A stretch of DNA of 64,000 nucleotides from Squalus acanthias (GCA_030390025.1 CM059431.1:121832001-121896000); one strand, 5' to 3'; positions 12,168 through 24,614 are shown, numbered from the stretch's first letter. Translations and numbers: made by a program. Notes: generated by a model not told the origin, from the sequence alone.

Positions 12168-13409
12168 AAGCTGTCTTACTGCAATTATATAGGGCCTTGG
12201 TGAGACCACACCTGGAGTATTGTGTACAGTTCTGGTCTCCTTACCTAAGGAAGGATATACTTGCCATAGAGAGAGTGCAACGAAGGTTCACCAGACTGAT
12301 TCCTGGGATAAGGGGATTGTCCTATGAGGAGAGATTGAGTAGACTAGGCCTATGTTCTCTAGAGTTTAGAAGAATGAGAGGTGATCTCATTGAAACATAC
12401 AAAATTCTTACAGGGCTTGACAGGGTAGATGCAGGGAGGATGTTTCCCCTGGCTGGGGAGTCTAGAACTAGGAATCACAATCTCAGAATAAGGGGTTGGC
12501 CATTTAGAACTAAGATGAGGAGAAATTTCTTCACTCAGAGGGTTGTGAATTTTTGGAATTCTCTACCCCAGAGGGCTGTGGAGTCTCAGTTGTTGAGTAT
12601 ATTCAAGAAAGAGATCGATAGATTTTTGGATATTAAGGGAATCAAGGGATAAGGAGATAGTGCAGGAAAGTGGAGTTGAGGTAGAAGATCTTATTGAATG
12701 GCAGAGCAGACTCGAGGGGCCGAATGGCCTGCTCCTGCTCCTACTCCTATTTCTTATGTTCTTATGTTCTTAAAAGCATCTTAAAACAGTCAAAGGGCCA
12801 TGATTTTAATATTTTCATTGGATAAATGCTCATTTTACGCAGGCGCCCAGGTGACTAAGGGGCGCCCGATTGAAAATGGTGAGCAATGCACTTCCTGTGT
12901 AGATTGGGCCCATGTGATCGGTGCCTGGTGTTGGTAAATTTGGCAAATGATTCAAGCATGAAATATAGACAAAAGAAGGTCCAATTTCACCCCCATCAGG
13001 CCTAGATGCAGTTTTACTTTTTTCTCAAAGAATTGCAAGAGAACATATTGATTTAAATAAATACTGTACTTTAAATTAAAGATCTTTGATGAAAGTCCTT
13101 GGAATGTTGTATAAGCATGAAATGAAATGAATACTGACAATTTTACTGATAGTGTTTCATTGCACATATCTGCAAGCATTGCCATGCAAGTCCATGGATC
13201 ATACTTTGAAATATTCCTGGGTTTCAGAGAAACTAATATTTTAAGCTTTGTCACTTCAGCAACAACTTATAATACCTGCATGAGGCAGATTGGTTTCTGA
13301 CTGTAAAATCTTCAGAAAGAGCTAGATAAAAGCAGCTAAAGTAGAAATTTAGGATAGCTGTCAACCTCACAGTTACTGGTAATGCTTAGCTAACCAATGT
13401 CTGACTTCT

Positions 13410-13808
13410 TAGAATAGAATCATAGATTGATACAGCACAGAAGGAGGACATTTGGCCCATCGCACCTCTTTGTAAGAGCTATCCCATTAATCCCACTCCC
13501 CTGCTCTTTCCCCATAGCCCTGTATTTTTTTCCCTTCAAGTATTTATCCAATTTCCTTTTGAAAGTTACTATTGACTCAGCTTCTGCCATCCTTTCAGAC
13601 AGTGCATCCAGATCACAACAACTTGCTGCATAAAAAAAAAATCCTCACGTCACCTCTAGTTCTTTTTCCGATCACCTTAAATCTGAATCCTTTGGTTACT
13701 GACCCTTCTGCCACTGGAATCAATTTCTTCTAATTTACTCTATCAAAACCATTCATGATTTTGAACACCTCGATCAAATCTCATAACCTTCTCTGCTCTA
13801 AGGAGAAG
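13410..13808 (-). mobile_element. Old CR1 3' fragment; continues at 18491-18795
   Basis: CR1 3' sequence. CTCTAAGGAGAA at ~13800 joins ACAGCCCCAGCTTCTCC at 18491. Confidence 0.65.
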
Positions 13809-13809
13809 T

Positions 13810-14010
13810 ATATTGCCGATCCTTCATCGTCGCTGGGTCAAAATCAAGGAACTTCCTACCTAACAGCACTGTTGGAGTACCTTCACCACACGGACTGCGG
13901 CGGTTGAAGAAGGCGGCTCACCACCACCTTCTCAAGGGCAGCTAGGGATGGGCAATAAATGCTGGCCTTGCCAGCGACGCCCACATCCCATAAACAAATT
14001 TAAAAAAAAT
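13810..14010 (+). mobile_element. LINE 3' end fragment (L2/Crack-group-like)
   Basis: Same sequence family as 60935-61412 (AAGAAGGCGGCTCACCACCACC...GCCCACATCCC). Ends in an A-rich tail. Confidence 0.6.
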
Positions 14011-14112
14011 AACATAGAAACATAGAAACATAGAAGATAGGTGCAGGAGTAGGCCATTCAGCCCCTCGAGCCTGCTCCGCCATTCGATGAGATCATGGTT
14101 GATCATCTAAAC

Positions 14113-16974
14113 TCAGTACCCTGTACCTGCCTTCTCCCCATATCCCTTGATACCTTTAGCTTTAAGAAATATATCTAACTCATCCTTGAATATATTTAAT
14201 GACTTCGCCTCAACTACCTTCTGTGGTAGAGAATTCCACAGGTTCACCACTCTCTGGGTGAAGAAATTCTTCCTCATTTCTGTCCTAAATGGTTTACCCG
14301 TTATCCGTAGATTATGACCCCTGGTTCTGGACTCTCCGACCATCGGGAACATTCTTCCTGCATCTAGTTTGTCCAGACCTGTCAGAATTTTATATGTTTC
14401 GATGAGATCCCCTCTCAATCTTCTATACTCCAGTGAGTATAAGCCCAATCGACCCAATCTCTCTTCATATGTCATTCCTGCCATCCCAGGTATCAGCCTT
14501 GTGAATCTTCGCTGAACTCCTTCCATGGCAAGAACATCCTTCCTCAGATAAGGCGACCAAAACTGCACACAGTACTCAAGGTGTGGTCTCACCAAGGCCC
14601 TGTACAACTGCAGCAGGACATCCCTGTTCCTATACTCAAACCCTTTCGCTATGAAGGCCAACATACCATTTGCCTTCTTCACCGCCTGCTGCACCTGCAT
14701 GCTTACTTTCAGCGACTGGTGCACAAGGACACCCAGGTCTCGTTGCACTTCCCCTTCTCCCAATCTATTGCCATTCAGATAATAGTCTGCCTCTCTGTTT
14801 TTGACACCAAACTGGATAACCTCGCACTTATCCACATTATATTGCATCTGCCACGCTTCTGCCCACTCACCCAACCTGTCCAGATCATCCTGGAGTTTCT
14901 CGCTATCCTCCTCGCTGCACACACTCCCACCCAGCTTTGTGTCATCTGCAAACTTGGAGATATTACATTTAATTCCCTTATCTAGATCATTAATGTATAT
15001 TGTGAATAGCTGGGGTCCAAGGACCGATCCCTGCGGTACCCCACTAGTCACTGCTTGCCACTCGGAAAAAGACCCATTAATTCCTACTCTCTGCTTTCTG
15101 TCCGCCAACCAGTTCTCTATCCAAGTCAATACCTTGCCCCCAATCCCATGTGCCTTAACTTTACCCGCTAATCTCTTATGCGGGACCTTATCGAAAGCCT
15201 TTTGAAAGTCCAAATACACCACATCTACTGGTTCTCCCTTATCTATTTTCCCAGTTACATCCTCAAAAAATTCCAGTAGATTAGTCAAGCACGATTTACC
15301 TTTTGTAAATCCATGTTGATTTTGTCCGATCCTGTCACTGTTTTTCAAATGATCAGCTATTACATCCTTTATAATGGACTCTAGCATTTTCCCCACTACC
15401 GATGTCAGGCTTACCGGTCTGTAATTCCCCGCTTTCTCTCTACCACCCTTTTTGAATAGTGGGGTAACATTAGCTACCCTCCAATCCATGGGTACAGTTC
15501 CAGATTCCATCGAATGTTGGAAGATGATCAGCAATGCATCTACTATTTCTAGGGCCACTTCCTTAAGTACCCTAGGATGTAGATTATCAGGCCCTGGGGA
15601 TTTATCGGCCTTCAATACCGTCAATTTCCCCAACACCATTTCCCTGCAAATACTGATTTCTTTCAGTTCCTCCCTTTCATCAGACCATATGTTCTCCAAC
15701 ATCTCTGGGAGGTTATTTGTGTCCTCCTTTGTGAAGACAGAACCAAAATATGCATTTAATTGGGCTGCCATTTCTTTGTTCCCCATTATAACTTCCCCCG
15801 CTTCTGACTGCAAGGGACCTACACTTGATTTCACTAATCTTTTTCTCTTCACATATCTATAAAAGCTCTTACAGTCAGTTTTTATGTTCCCAGCAAGCTT
15901 ACTTTCATATTCTATTTTCCCCTTCTTAATTAATCCCTTTGTCCTCCTTTGTTGAATCCTAAACTGCTCCCAATCCTCAGGGCTACCGCTTTTTCTGGCC
16001 AATTTATATGCCCTCTCCTTGGATCTTATGCTATCCCTAATTTCCCTTGTTAGCCACGGTTGAGTCACCCTTTTTGTTTTATTCTTATGCCACACTGGGA
16101 TGTACAAATTCTGTAGTTCATCCATGCAGTCTTTGAATGTTTGCCATTGCGTATCCACCGTCAACCCCTTGAGTGACATTCCCCAATCAATCCTACCCAA
16201 TTCGCGCCTCATACCATCGTAGTTTCCTTTATTTAAATTCAGGACCCTAGTCTCTGATTCAACTACTTCACTCTCCATCCTAATGAAGAATTCTATCGTA
16301 TTATGATCACTCTGACCCAAGGGGCCTCGTACAACAAGATTGCTAATTAATCCTTTCTCGTTGCATAATACCCAGTCTAAGATGGCCTGATCTCTGGTTG
16401 GTTCCTCGACATATTGTTCCAGAAAACCATCTCGTAAACATTCTAGGAATTCCTCCTCCACAGTATTTTTACTAATTTGGTTAGCCCAATCTATATGTAA
16501 ATTAAAGTCACCCATGATGACTGCTGTGCCCTTACTGCATGCTTCTCTAATTTCCCTTTTAATGCCGTCCCCAACCTCCGTATTACTGTTTGGAGGTCTA
16601 TATACCACTCCCACTAACGTTTTCTGCCCCTTGTTATTTCTCAGTTCTACCCATATAGATTCCGCATCATCAGAGCTAATATCCTTCCTTTCAATTGTGT
16701 TAATCCCCTCTTTAACCAGCAATGCTACCCCACCTCCCTTTCTTTTTTGCCTATCTTTCCTAAATATTGAATAACCCTGGATGTTGAGTTCCCAGCCTTG
16801 GCCACCCTGGAGCCATGTTTCTGTAATCCCAATCAAATCGTATTCATTTACCTCTATTTGCGCAGCTAATTCATCTACCTTGTTCCGAATGCTCCTTGCA
16901 TTAAGACACAAAGCCTTCAGGCTTGTTTTTTTAATGCTCTCAAACCTATATGAATTATTATTTACTGTGACCAT
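14113..16974 (-). CDS. CR1 ORF2: apurinic-type endonuclease plus reverse transcriptase (953 aa)
   Basis: NARS, ITETW, GDFN and SDH endonuclease motifs. YLDFQKAFD, GVPQGSVLGP and FADD RT motifs. Frame is uninterrupted. Confidence 0.95.
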   Translation of the reverse strand: MVTVNNNSYRFESIKKTSLKALCLNARSIRNKVDELAAQIEVNEYDLIGITETWLQGGQGWELNIQGYSIFRKDRQKRKGGGVALLVKEGINTIERKDISSDDAESIWVELRNNKGQKTLVGVVYRPPNSNTEVGDGIKREIREACSKGTAVIMGDFNLHIDWANQISKNTVEEEFLECLRDGFLEQYVEEPTRDQAILDWVLCNEKGLISNLVVRGPLGQSDHNTIEFFIRMESEVVESETRVLNLNKGNYDGMRRELGRIDWGMSLKGLTVDTQWQTFKDCMDELQNLYIPVWHKNKTKRVTQPWLTREIRDSIRSKERAYKLARKSGSPEDWEQFRIQQRRTKGLIKKGKIEYESKLAGNIKTDCKSFYRYVKRKRLVKSSVGPLQSEAGEVIMGNKEMAAQLNAYFGSVFTKEDTNNLPEMLENIWSDEREELKEISICREMVLGKLTVLKADKSPGPDNLHPRVLKEVALEIVDALLIIFQHSMESGTVPMDWRVANVTPLFKKGGREKAGNYRPVSLTSVVGKMLESIIKDVIADHLKNSDRIGQNQHGFTKGKSCLTNLLEFFEDVTGKIDKGEPVDVVYLDFQKAFDKVPHKRLAGKVKAHGIGGKVLTWIENWLADRKQRVGINGSFSEWQAVTSGVPQGSVLGPQLFTIYINDLDKGIKCNISKFADDTKLGGSVCSEEDSEKLQDDLDRLGEWAEAWQMQYNVDKCEVIQFGVKNREADYYLNGNRLGEGEVQRDLGVLVHQSLKVSMQVQQAVKKANGMLAFIAKGFEYRNRDVLLQLYRALVRPHLEYCVQFWSPYLRKDVLAMEGVQRRFTRLIPGMAGMTYEERLGRLGLYSLEYRRLRGDLIETYKILTGLDKLDAGRMFPMVGESRTRGHNLRITGKPFRTEMRKNFFTQRVVNLWNSLPQKVVEAKSLNIFKDELDIFLKAKGIKGYGEKAGTGY

Positions 16975-17096
16975 GTTTGATTTAAACCGTTGAGTTCTTT
17001 GCCTTCTACTTTTGTTTTTCTCCTTCCTGTCTTTTGCTTTTATCCTTATTTCCCTTTCCTCTGTCTCCCTGCTCAGGTTCCCAACCCCCTGCCACT

Positions 17097-18047
17097 TTAG
17101 TTTAAACCCTCCCCAACAGCACTAGCAAACACTCCCCCTAGGACATCGGTCCCGGCCCTGCCCAGGTGCAGACCGTCCCGTTTGTACTGGTCCCACCTCC
17201 CCCAGAACCGGTTCCAATGTCCAAGGAATTTGAATCCCTCCCCCTTGCACCATTCTTCTAGCCACGTATTCATTTGAAATATCCTCCTATTTCTACTCTG
17301 ACTAGCATGTGGCACTGGTAGCAATCCTGAGATTACTACCTTTGAGGTCCTCTTTTTGAATTTACCTCCTAACTCCCTATATTCTGCTTTTAGGACCTCA
17401 TCCCGTTTTTTACCTATATCGTTGATGCCTATGTGCACCACGACAACTGGCTGTTCGCCCTCCCCCTCCAAAGTGTTCTGTAGCCGCTCCGAGACGTCCT
17501 TGACCCTTGCACCAGGGAGGCAACACACCATCCTGGAGTCTCGATTGCGGCCGCAGAAACGCCTATCTATTCCCCTTACAATTGAATCCCCTATCACTAT
17601 AGCTCTTCCACACTTTTTCCTCCCAGCCTGTGCAGCAGAGCCACCCATGGTGCCAGGAAGTTGGCTGCTGCCGCCTTCCCCTGATAAGTCATCCACCCCA
17701 ACAGCATCCAAAGTGGTATATCTGTTTGACAGGGGGATGGCCACAGGGGACCCCTGCACTACCTGCCTGCACCTCTTACTCTGCCTGGTGGTCACCCATT
17801 CACTTCCTGCCTATACACCCTTTACCTGCGGTGTGACCAACTCGCTAAACGTGTTATTCACGACGTTCTCAGCGTCGCGAATGCTCCAATATGCATCCAT
17901 CCGCAGCTCCAGCGCCGCAATGCGGTCCGTCAGTAGCTGCAGCTGGATACATTTCCCACACACATGGTCGTCAGGGACACAGGAAGTGTCCCTGATTTCC
18001 CACATATTGCAGTAGGAGCATATCACGGCGCCGAGATCTGCTGCCAT
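17097..18047 (-). pseudogene. CR1 ORF1 (CxxC zinc finger, leucine zipper, SGNH esterase) with a single premature TAG
   Basis: ORFs 17811-18047 and 17097-17795 are in the same frame, separated by one TAG. Motifs CSYC...CGKC, IGDSIVRG, HIGIND and DGLHL. Confidence 0.87.
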
Positions 18048-18319
18048 GACTTACCCTTTAATTAATTAATTAAAATTAAACTAATTGAATCCCACCAATT
18101 TCACTTCAATTAAATGATATACTCAAGGGCCCTTTCTTAACAGCAGTCCCCGCTACACCACAGAGACTCTAGAAACTATAAACCACAGAATTTAAGTATG
18201 GAAAAAAGGAGAAAAAGAGAAATACTGACCAACCAATCACTTACCTGCTTTCTGGTGACGTCACACTTTGATTATTTTCTACTTCTCTCTCTCCCGCTCT
18301 CGGGGCTCAGATTGGTAAG

Positions 18320-18490
18320 CCTACCTGGTCGCTGCCGCCTATTACTGCCGCCTCGCCACTGTCGCTCCACCCAGGTCCGCCGCCTCTCTGGGCCTACCTG
18401 ATCGCCTCCTCTTTTACAGCCGCCGCCTCGCCGCTGTCGCTCCACCCAGGTCCGCCGCCTCTGTGGGCCTACCTGGTCGCCTCCTCTTTT
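18320..18490. repeat. ~73-bp tandem repeat in CR1 5' UTR
   Basis: CGCCGCCTCGCC..GTCGCTCCACCCAGGTCCGCCGCCTCT..GGGCCTACCTG..CGCCTCCTCTTTTACAGC occurs about twice. Confidence 0.8.
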
Positions 18491-18795
18491 ACAGCCCCAG
18501 CTTCTCCAGTCTCTCCACATAACTGAAGTCTCTCATCTCTGGCACCATTCTAGTAAATCTCTTCTGAAACCTCTCTAAGGACGTGCCTTCCTTCCTAAAG
18601 TGTGGTGCCCAGAATTGAACACAATACTCCAGCTGAGGCCTAACCAGTGTTTTATAAAGGTTAGGCATAACCTCCTTATTTTTGTGCTCTATGCCTCTAT
18701 TAATGAAGCAAAGGATCCCATAAGCTTTTTTAATAGCTTTCTCAACTTGGCTTGTCACCTTCAAAGATTTGTTTACATACACCCCTAGGACTCTT
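18491..18795 (-). mobile_element. Old CR1 RT fragment
   Basis: ORF 18489-18782 contains LYKTLVRPQLEYCVQFWAP. Confidence 0.8.
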
Positions 18796-19119
18796 TGGGA
18801 GTGAAATTAGGTATCGCCCTGTTTGGGGCGCCAACTTTTGAAATGTTTTAAATTAAGCGCCAGGCGCTAAGGAGTCTGAACTTCTAGTAAATTGGGTGTT
18901 AGTGCCCCAGGAAGGAAGTGGGGTGCTAAATCAAGAGCTAATGACCTCAGTGGGGTGCTACAGGGGCGCTACCAGTAGAGCGCTAATGAATTTCAGGTGC
19001 AATGCATTCAGCAATGATCCTTCACACTGGTTCCTTTCAACTCTTAAAGGGGAGATTGCATCATTGTGCAGATTCTCATTTTCAGCATTGAGGCGACCTG
19101 CGAGCAAGTGAACCCCCTG

Positions 19120-21010
19120 ATGGCTATGGCTGTTCCCACTCCCAGGGAGAGAGCTCGTCGGTTCACAGACGTGGCATTGGAGGCATTGGTGGCTGGAGTG
19201 GAGCAAAGGAGGGCATTGCTGTTCCCGGCCACTGGAAGGAGGCCATCGCCTCAGGTGTTCAGGGCAATGTGGAGGGAAGTGGCCCAGGAGGTCTCGGCCG
19301 GTAGTGTGGTTGAACGCAGCCTGACACAGTGCCATAAGAAATTCAACAACCTCAGTTGCGTGGTCAAGGTGAGTACGTGCTTCAACAGTTACTACATACC
19401 AGCACCTGAACCTCAGTCTGTGCACACTGCGCAAACAACCACACCGCCACCACTCACCCACCAAACATCTTCATCTACTCAAACACACATCCACATCTCA
19501 CACCTTGCCTACAATCACAGCTATTCAACGACAGCAGCAATATCTCCCAAACACATAGCTGGACTCTGACTCAAATACATTTGTTTCTCTTGCAGGCCAA
19601 GATGGCCCACAATAGGAGGGAGCAGCAGAGAACAGGTGGGGGTGATGCGCAGCTCTCAGACCTTGAAGAACGAGTGCTGTGACTCATTGGGCAGCAGACG
19701 GTAGGCACAATGGCCGTCGGCGACGTCGACCCCATTGAGGGCAAAAACGGTAACTTCAGCCCCTCTCCTTCTCTCATCCCACGTCCCCCTCACACCACAA
19801 ACCTTTCTCACTTTCCACCTCCTGAGAATGTCTGCATTCCTTGCTCCATTCCTGCCCCCCTCCCCTCGTGAGTCTTGTGCCTTTATACTTTCAGATAATC
19901 AGCAACCAGATGACCAGCCTATCCCTGAGCCCCCCACTGAGAGTGAGGAAGGAGAAAAGGAGGAGGAGCAAAGCACCGCGTCACTGAATCTCTCACCCGC
20001 AGGCACCAACTCAGATACTGGCACTACGCGATCTTTAGAGGCAAGTTTTGTAGAGGGGTCTGCACTGGGTGATGCACTGGGGACGAGCGGGCTGCAACAA
20101 GGCCAGGGGGAAAGGATAGCTCGGGAGGCAGGTCTCCGGAGGGCGAGTTCGCACGTGACTTCTGCTGCACAGGACTCAGATGAGGACCTCGATGGGGAGG
20201 CGTTCACAAGAAGGGTGATGGCCATGCACACTGAGATGATAGGCGCAATGGCAAGGGTGCCCGAGAGCCTCTCGGCAATGGTAAGGAGCGTGGAGGAGTC
20301 TGCCTCCAACATTGCACAGAGCTCTGCGTACACCATGGAGCGCATCATTTCCACTGTGCAGAGGATAGTGGACTCCCAGGGAGACCGTGTGGATCCAGAC
20401 CTCATGTCGCGTGTCATGGATGATGTCGCAGCTTCCATTGCAGCACAGTTGGAAGCGACACAACGTCTTTGTGCTGTAATGCAGTCAATGGTTGCTGCCA
20501 TCGAGTCTCAGACTGCTCTCATGCAGTCACAGCTTGATGCCACAAAAGATCTGACTGCTGCCATCGGCGCTGGGTCCACACAAATCGCCGGGGATCTCGC
20601 GGTGTCGCAGCAGGCCAGCAACCTGTGCTCCAGCAGATTGGGTAGGGATGCTGAAGTGCTGCCCCGGGGGAGTGGGAGTGGGTCAGGGGAGCAGGAATCT
20701 GCTGTCCTCTCTCAGGATGACGGCATTCCTGATCCCACCACTGCCACTCCGCCATTGCCCTTGTCGCTGCCTGTCATCCAGCCAGGCCAGACTGCCGCCG
20801 CCCAGCCTGAGGTGGTGCAGTTTGCAGCCGGGCCTTCCAGGCACAGAGTTGGTCGAGGGCGTCCCGCAAGGCCATCTGTAGTCTCTGGCACCGATACTCA
20901 GTAGCCTTCCACCAGCCCTGCTGCAGCCACTGGGGAGACACTACGTAGGAGCAGTAGATTAGGAAAGGGGGCTGTAAAGCAGGGAGGCAAGGGTTTGCAT
21001 AAGGGTGATT
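19120..21010 (+). pseudogene. Harbinger Myb/SANT-like gene, 3 exons (19120-19368, 19596-19749, 19895-~21010)
   Basis: RARRFTDVALEALV...WREVAQEV...QCHKKFNNL motif. GT-AG introns at the same positions as in 5277-7096. Premature stops. Confidence 0.8.
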
Positions 21011-21189
21011 AGTCAATATTGTTGCTGTATATATGTGGTTAATGGTTTTTGATAAATTTATTACTGGAATGTTGCAGATTTGGTGCTGTGTCTCATTTCA
21101 GTTCCGGGGTGTGGTATGGAATCACAAAGTGATGGAATGATGGCGACGTGCTCAGCATACAGAACGAGGACTCAAAGTCACTGGAAACG

Positions 21190-22371
21190 AAGTCTGATGA
21201 GGCGGTCACAGACCGACCTTGCAGAACACCGATTGAGCAGCTGTCTCCCCTGTCGCTGATGTTCGTCGTCCTGTTCCTCCTGCTCCTCTTCTTACTCTTC
21301 CTCCTAGTCCTCATCCTTGTTCTCCTCCTCCTCCTCCTGAGGTGGTGGAGTTATGCCTGGTGGCAATGGCTGCACCCTCATAATGGCCAAGTTATGCAGC
21401 ATGCAGCAGGCGACGACGAAATGTGACACCCGCTCAGCTGAGTACTGGAGGGCTCCTCCCGAGCGATCAAGACAGCGGAACCATTGCTTGAACACTCCGA
21501 TGGTCTGCTCAATGATGTTCTTGGTGGCAGCATGGCTCTCATTATATGAGTGCTGGCCAGGTGTGCTGGGGTTGCGGAGGGGAGTCATGAACCAGGTGGA
21601 GAGCGGATAGCCCTTGTCTCCCAGCAGCCAGCCGCGAGCTTGATGTGGTGGCTGGAACAAATTTGGCACACTGGTCTGGCGCAGGGTGAAGGCATCGTGG
21701 CTGCTGCAAGGATAGCAGGCATTGACAGTCAGGATTTGCTGCGTGTGGTCACACACCAACTGCACATTAAGTAGGTGGTAGCTTTTGCGGTTACGGAATA
21801 CCTCAGGATTGTTCTGAGGTGCCCGCAAAGTGACGTGGGTGCAGTTAATGGCGCCTTGCACCATTGGAAAGCCCGCTATCCTGGAAAAGCCACATGCACG
21901 CTCGCGCTGCTTCTTTCTGGTCATGGGGATGGAAATGTGGTCCCTTCTCCTTCTGTACAGAGCATCTGTGACCTGGAGGATGGAGCAATGGACAGAAAAC
22001 TGGGAGATGTTGGAGATGTTGCCTGTCACACACTGGAATGATCCGCTGGCATAGAAATTGAGGGCGACGGTGACCTTGACTGCCACTGAGAGAGCCATGG
22101 TGCTCCTGATCTAAGGCTCGAGGTCTGGCTGCAGGAGGTGGCAGAGCTCTGTGATCACGTTCTTGCTGAAGCGGAGCCTTCTAACACACTGGTCCTCAGT
22201 GAAATTCATGCGGGGGAACTGCTGCCAGAATACCCTGGGTGGGTAAGGCCTCCTGTTGAGCGCCCTGTTGGCCCTCCTACCTCTGGCCACATTTTGCACT
22301 CTTTCTCTGTGCCTCAGTTGCCTTCGACATTGACGCTGGAGAGCGAGGTCCAGTGCCAGTACAGCCCCCAT
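21190..22371 (-). pseudogene. Harbinger transposase, disrupted
   Basis: ORFs 22111-22410 and 21304-22098 are in frame across a stop. GAINCTHV, GDKGYP, IEQTIG and CCMLHNL motifs. Confidence 0.9.
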
Positions 22372-23991
22372 GAAAAGATACAAATATTGCACTTTCAAAT
22401 CCCTGCTCAATGAAACTCAATAATTTTGATGTGCCAGAACACTCGTTGAAATGCAAAACGCGCAAATCATTTAAAAGGCCACTTTGCCTCTGTGATATTA
22501 ACAATGCGGCATTGTTGGCCAACGAAAAGTACACCGGAAGTAGACGCCTTTAAATGGCGCTCCTCCAGTGGACATCCGACTGAAAGCCTCCTCCTCTACC
22601 TGTCGTTGTTAACGACAGGCGCACAAGCAGGGGGTGAGAGGGAATTTTTCATCCAGGGCGCAACCAGGGCGCTGTGCATGGCAATGACATCACAATCTCC
22701 GGGCGCAGGAAATCGGAGCGCAACATCTTACTGCTGCCACAAAACTCCCGTCGAATTTAGCGGGAGGCGTTGATATCGTCGCGCCCGATCGCAAACCCAT
22801 TTGCGCTCCCGGAGGCATTAACGGTGAAGGGATAATTACAAGTCCTAGCCCTTCTCGGGCTACCCCAGATCAGGCGTATTCCCCAGACGTTCCCCTTCAA
22901 CTAAAGTTAGAGATAGCCGAATCCTATAAGACGCTTAATTGGGTCTAAAGGTTCAGACTATCTCTCCCTAAAGGAAAGAAATGACTTGAAGATATTACTG
23001 TCTTCCAGATAGCACTTTTAAGAAGTTTAACTAGACTTTAACCTTCGGATATTATGAGGGTCCGGAAACCCCCCCAGAATTCTGCAACTCCTCACAAAAG
23101 AGTGTACAGAGATTGAGTTTGCGAGGTTGATACAGAAATTACTCTGTGAGACAATTGTAAAAATATGCAGATTTATTACGGAACCGACATTTAGTTAACA
23201 GTTGGTGAGTCAATCGCAACTTTAACAGTTCAAAATACAAATAGCTTACAATTCTATTCTCAGAGATCCTTATTCTCAAATCTTTTTTTTGCTTTTTTGC
23301 AGCGCACAAAATGGCCGGCCAGCTGCCGCCACCAGAATTATCTTGCAAATGAGAAAAAAACAAGACCTTTCGACAGATGATTGCAAATGTTCGTGGAAAC
23401 CTTGTTGCTTCTGGTAGCAAAGTGAAGCACCCTTGATCACCTGTCGCCTGCCGCAGGGTCTGCTGCTGCTACTGCGGGTACACCACCTCCTCCCGATACC
23501 TGGGCGCGGAGGTGCCGGGAGAGTTGGTGCACCTGCAGTCAATAGTATCCGAGACCCCGCGTTTTCTCATTTCGAACGGCGATCGCTCAAAAAGTCGCCC
23601 CGGCGCGGTAACACAGCCTGGCCTCGTCACTGGCAGCTTGCAACTCACCATTAATGCCATTACCATCCGACAAGGGTTAGGGGGCAAATGATACCCAGTG
23701 CCGCCTCATCCAGTCCTCCTAAAAAAAAGACTCTTTACAGTTTTATTTTCTAGCCAAAACACGCATTTAGGAAATGGGATTCTCACATCCCGAGATTTTC
23801 TACTGCATTAAATTAAACACATCAAATGACATTGGACACGACTGCTTTCTGGGGTGGAACAGTTTGGAATCCCAAACCACTCCGTTTGGAGCTTTGAATA
23901 TATTGTGATTCACCTTTCTAATCATCATCCAGCTCAGAACATTTCCATTCAGTACATGTGTTTCCACGATTTGAAATTTTCCTACCGCCAC

Positions 23992-24327
23992 AAAAATTCT
24001 GACAGGGCTAGACAGACTGGATGCAGGGAGGATGTTTCCCCTGGCTGGGGGGTCTAGAACGAGAGGTCACAGTCTCAGGATACGGGGTAGGACATTTAGG
24101 ACTGAGATGTGGAATTCTCTACCACAGAAGGCTGTGGCGGCCAAGTCACTGAGTATATTTAAGAGGGATATAGATAGATTTCTGGACACAAAAGGCATCA
24201 AGGGGTATGGGGAGAGCGGGAATATGGTATTGAGATAGAGGATCAGCCATGATCAGATTGAATGGTGGAGCAGGCTCGAAGGGCCGAATGGCCTACTCCT
24301 GCTCCTATTTTTCTATGTTTCTATGTT
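23992..24327 (+). mobile_element. Short CR1 3' fragment
   Basis: MFPLAGGSRTRGHSL...WNSLPQ and a TTCTATGT tail. Confidence 0.8.
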
Positions 24328-24614
24328 AACTTTGTTACATTTTTACATTTCTAAGTCTTATTCTTAATCCAGAATATCCACCAAAATCAAATAAAAGTAC
24401 CGTTTGATCCCCGAGACTCTAAGAGTTAAAAACTTACAGAGCCTGCCTCTGAAGCTGAGAATCGCCTGCCCGTTCCAGCGACTTCTGACTTCCTATCTGA
24501 AAATCCCATATCTTATACTCTTTTTGCAGTGGTATCCCCTTTGAAGTTTTCTGCTGATGTAAGCTAATTATCTTTAGTCATTCTTTCTGTTGACTTCTTT
24601 CTATTCTTACCATT

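Larger units (their letters stand above)
2885..12771 (+). mobile_element. Formerly full-length CR1 LINE, interrupted by a Harbinger element, a Penelope-like fragment and a MITE
   Basis: Duplicated 5' UTR unit (~2895 and ~3220) and ORF1 remnant. ORF2 endonuclease from ~4680 resumes at 9898. RT pieces at 10963-11280 and 12168-12652. TTCTTATG-repeat tail at 12751-12771. Confidence 0.88.
14011..18490 (-). mobile_element. Near full-length young CR1 LINE
   Basis: TTCTATGT-repeat 3' tail at 14011-14035, intact ORF2, ORF1 with one stop, and a GC-rich 5' UTR with ~73-bp tandem repeats. Confidence 0.93.
18797..22851. mobile_element. PIF/Harbinger DNA transposon, second family, decayed; right end approximate
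   Basis: Left end GGGAGTGAAATTAGGTATCGCCC resembles the end at 4917. Convergent Myb-like (+) and transposase (-) genes. GC-rich subterminal region. Confidence 0.82.

Noticed and set aside
14581..18015. Plus-strand ORFs opposite the CR1, including the 219-aa ORF at 17356-18015
   Set aside because: These are antisense shadows of coding frames with no independent motifs.
21830..21860. Catalytic Asp-to-Asn change (AINCTH here, IINCTH at ~39195) as a sign of a domesticated inactive transposase
   Set aside because: Explained by CpG decay of ATCGAC. Both ORFs also carry stops or frameshifts.
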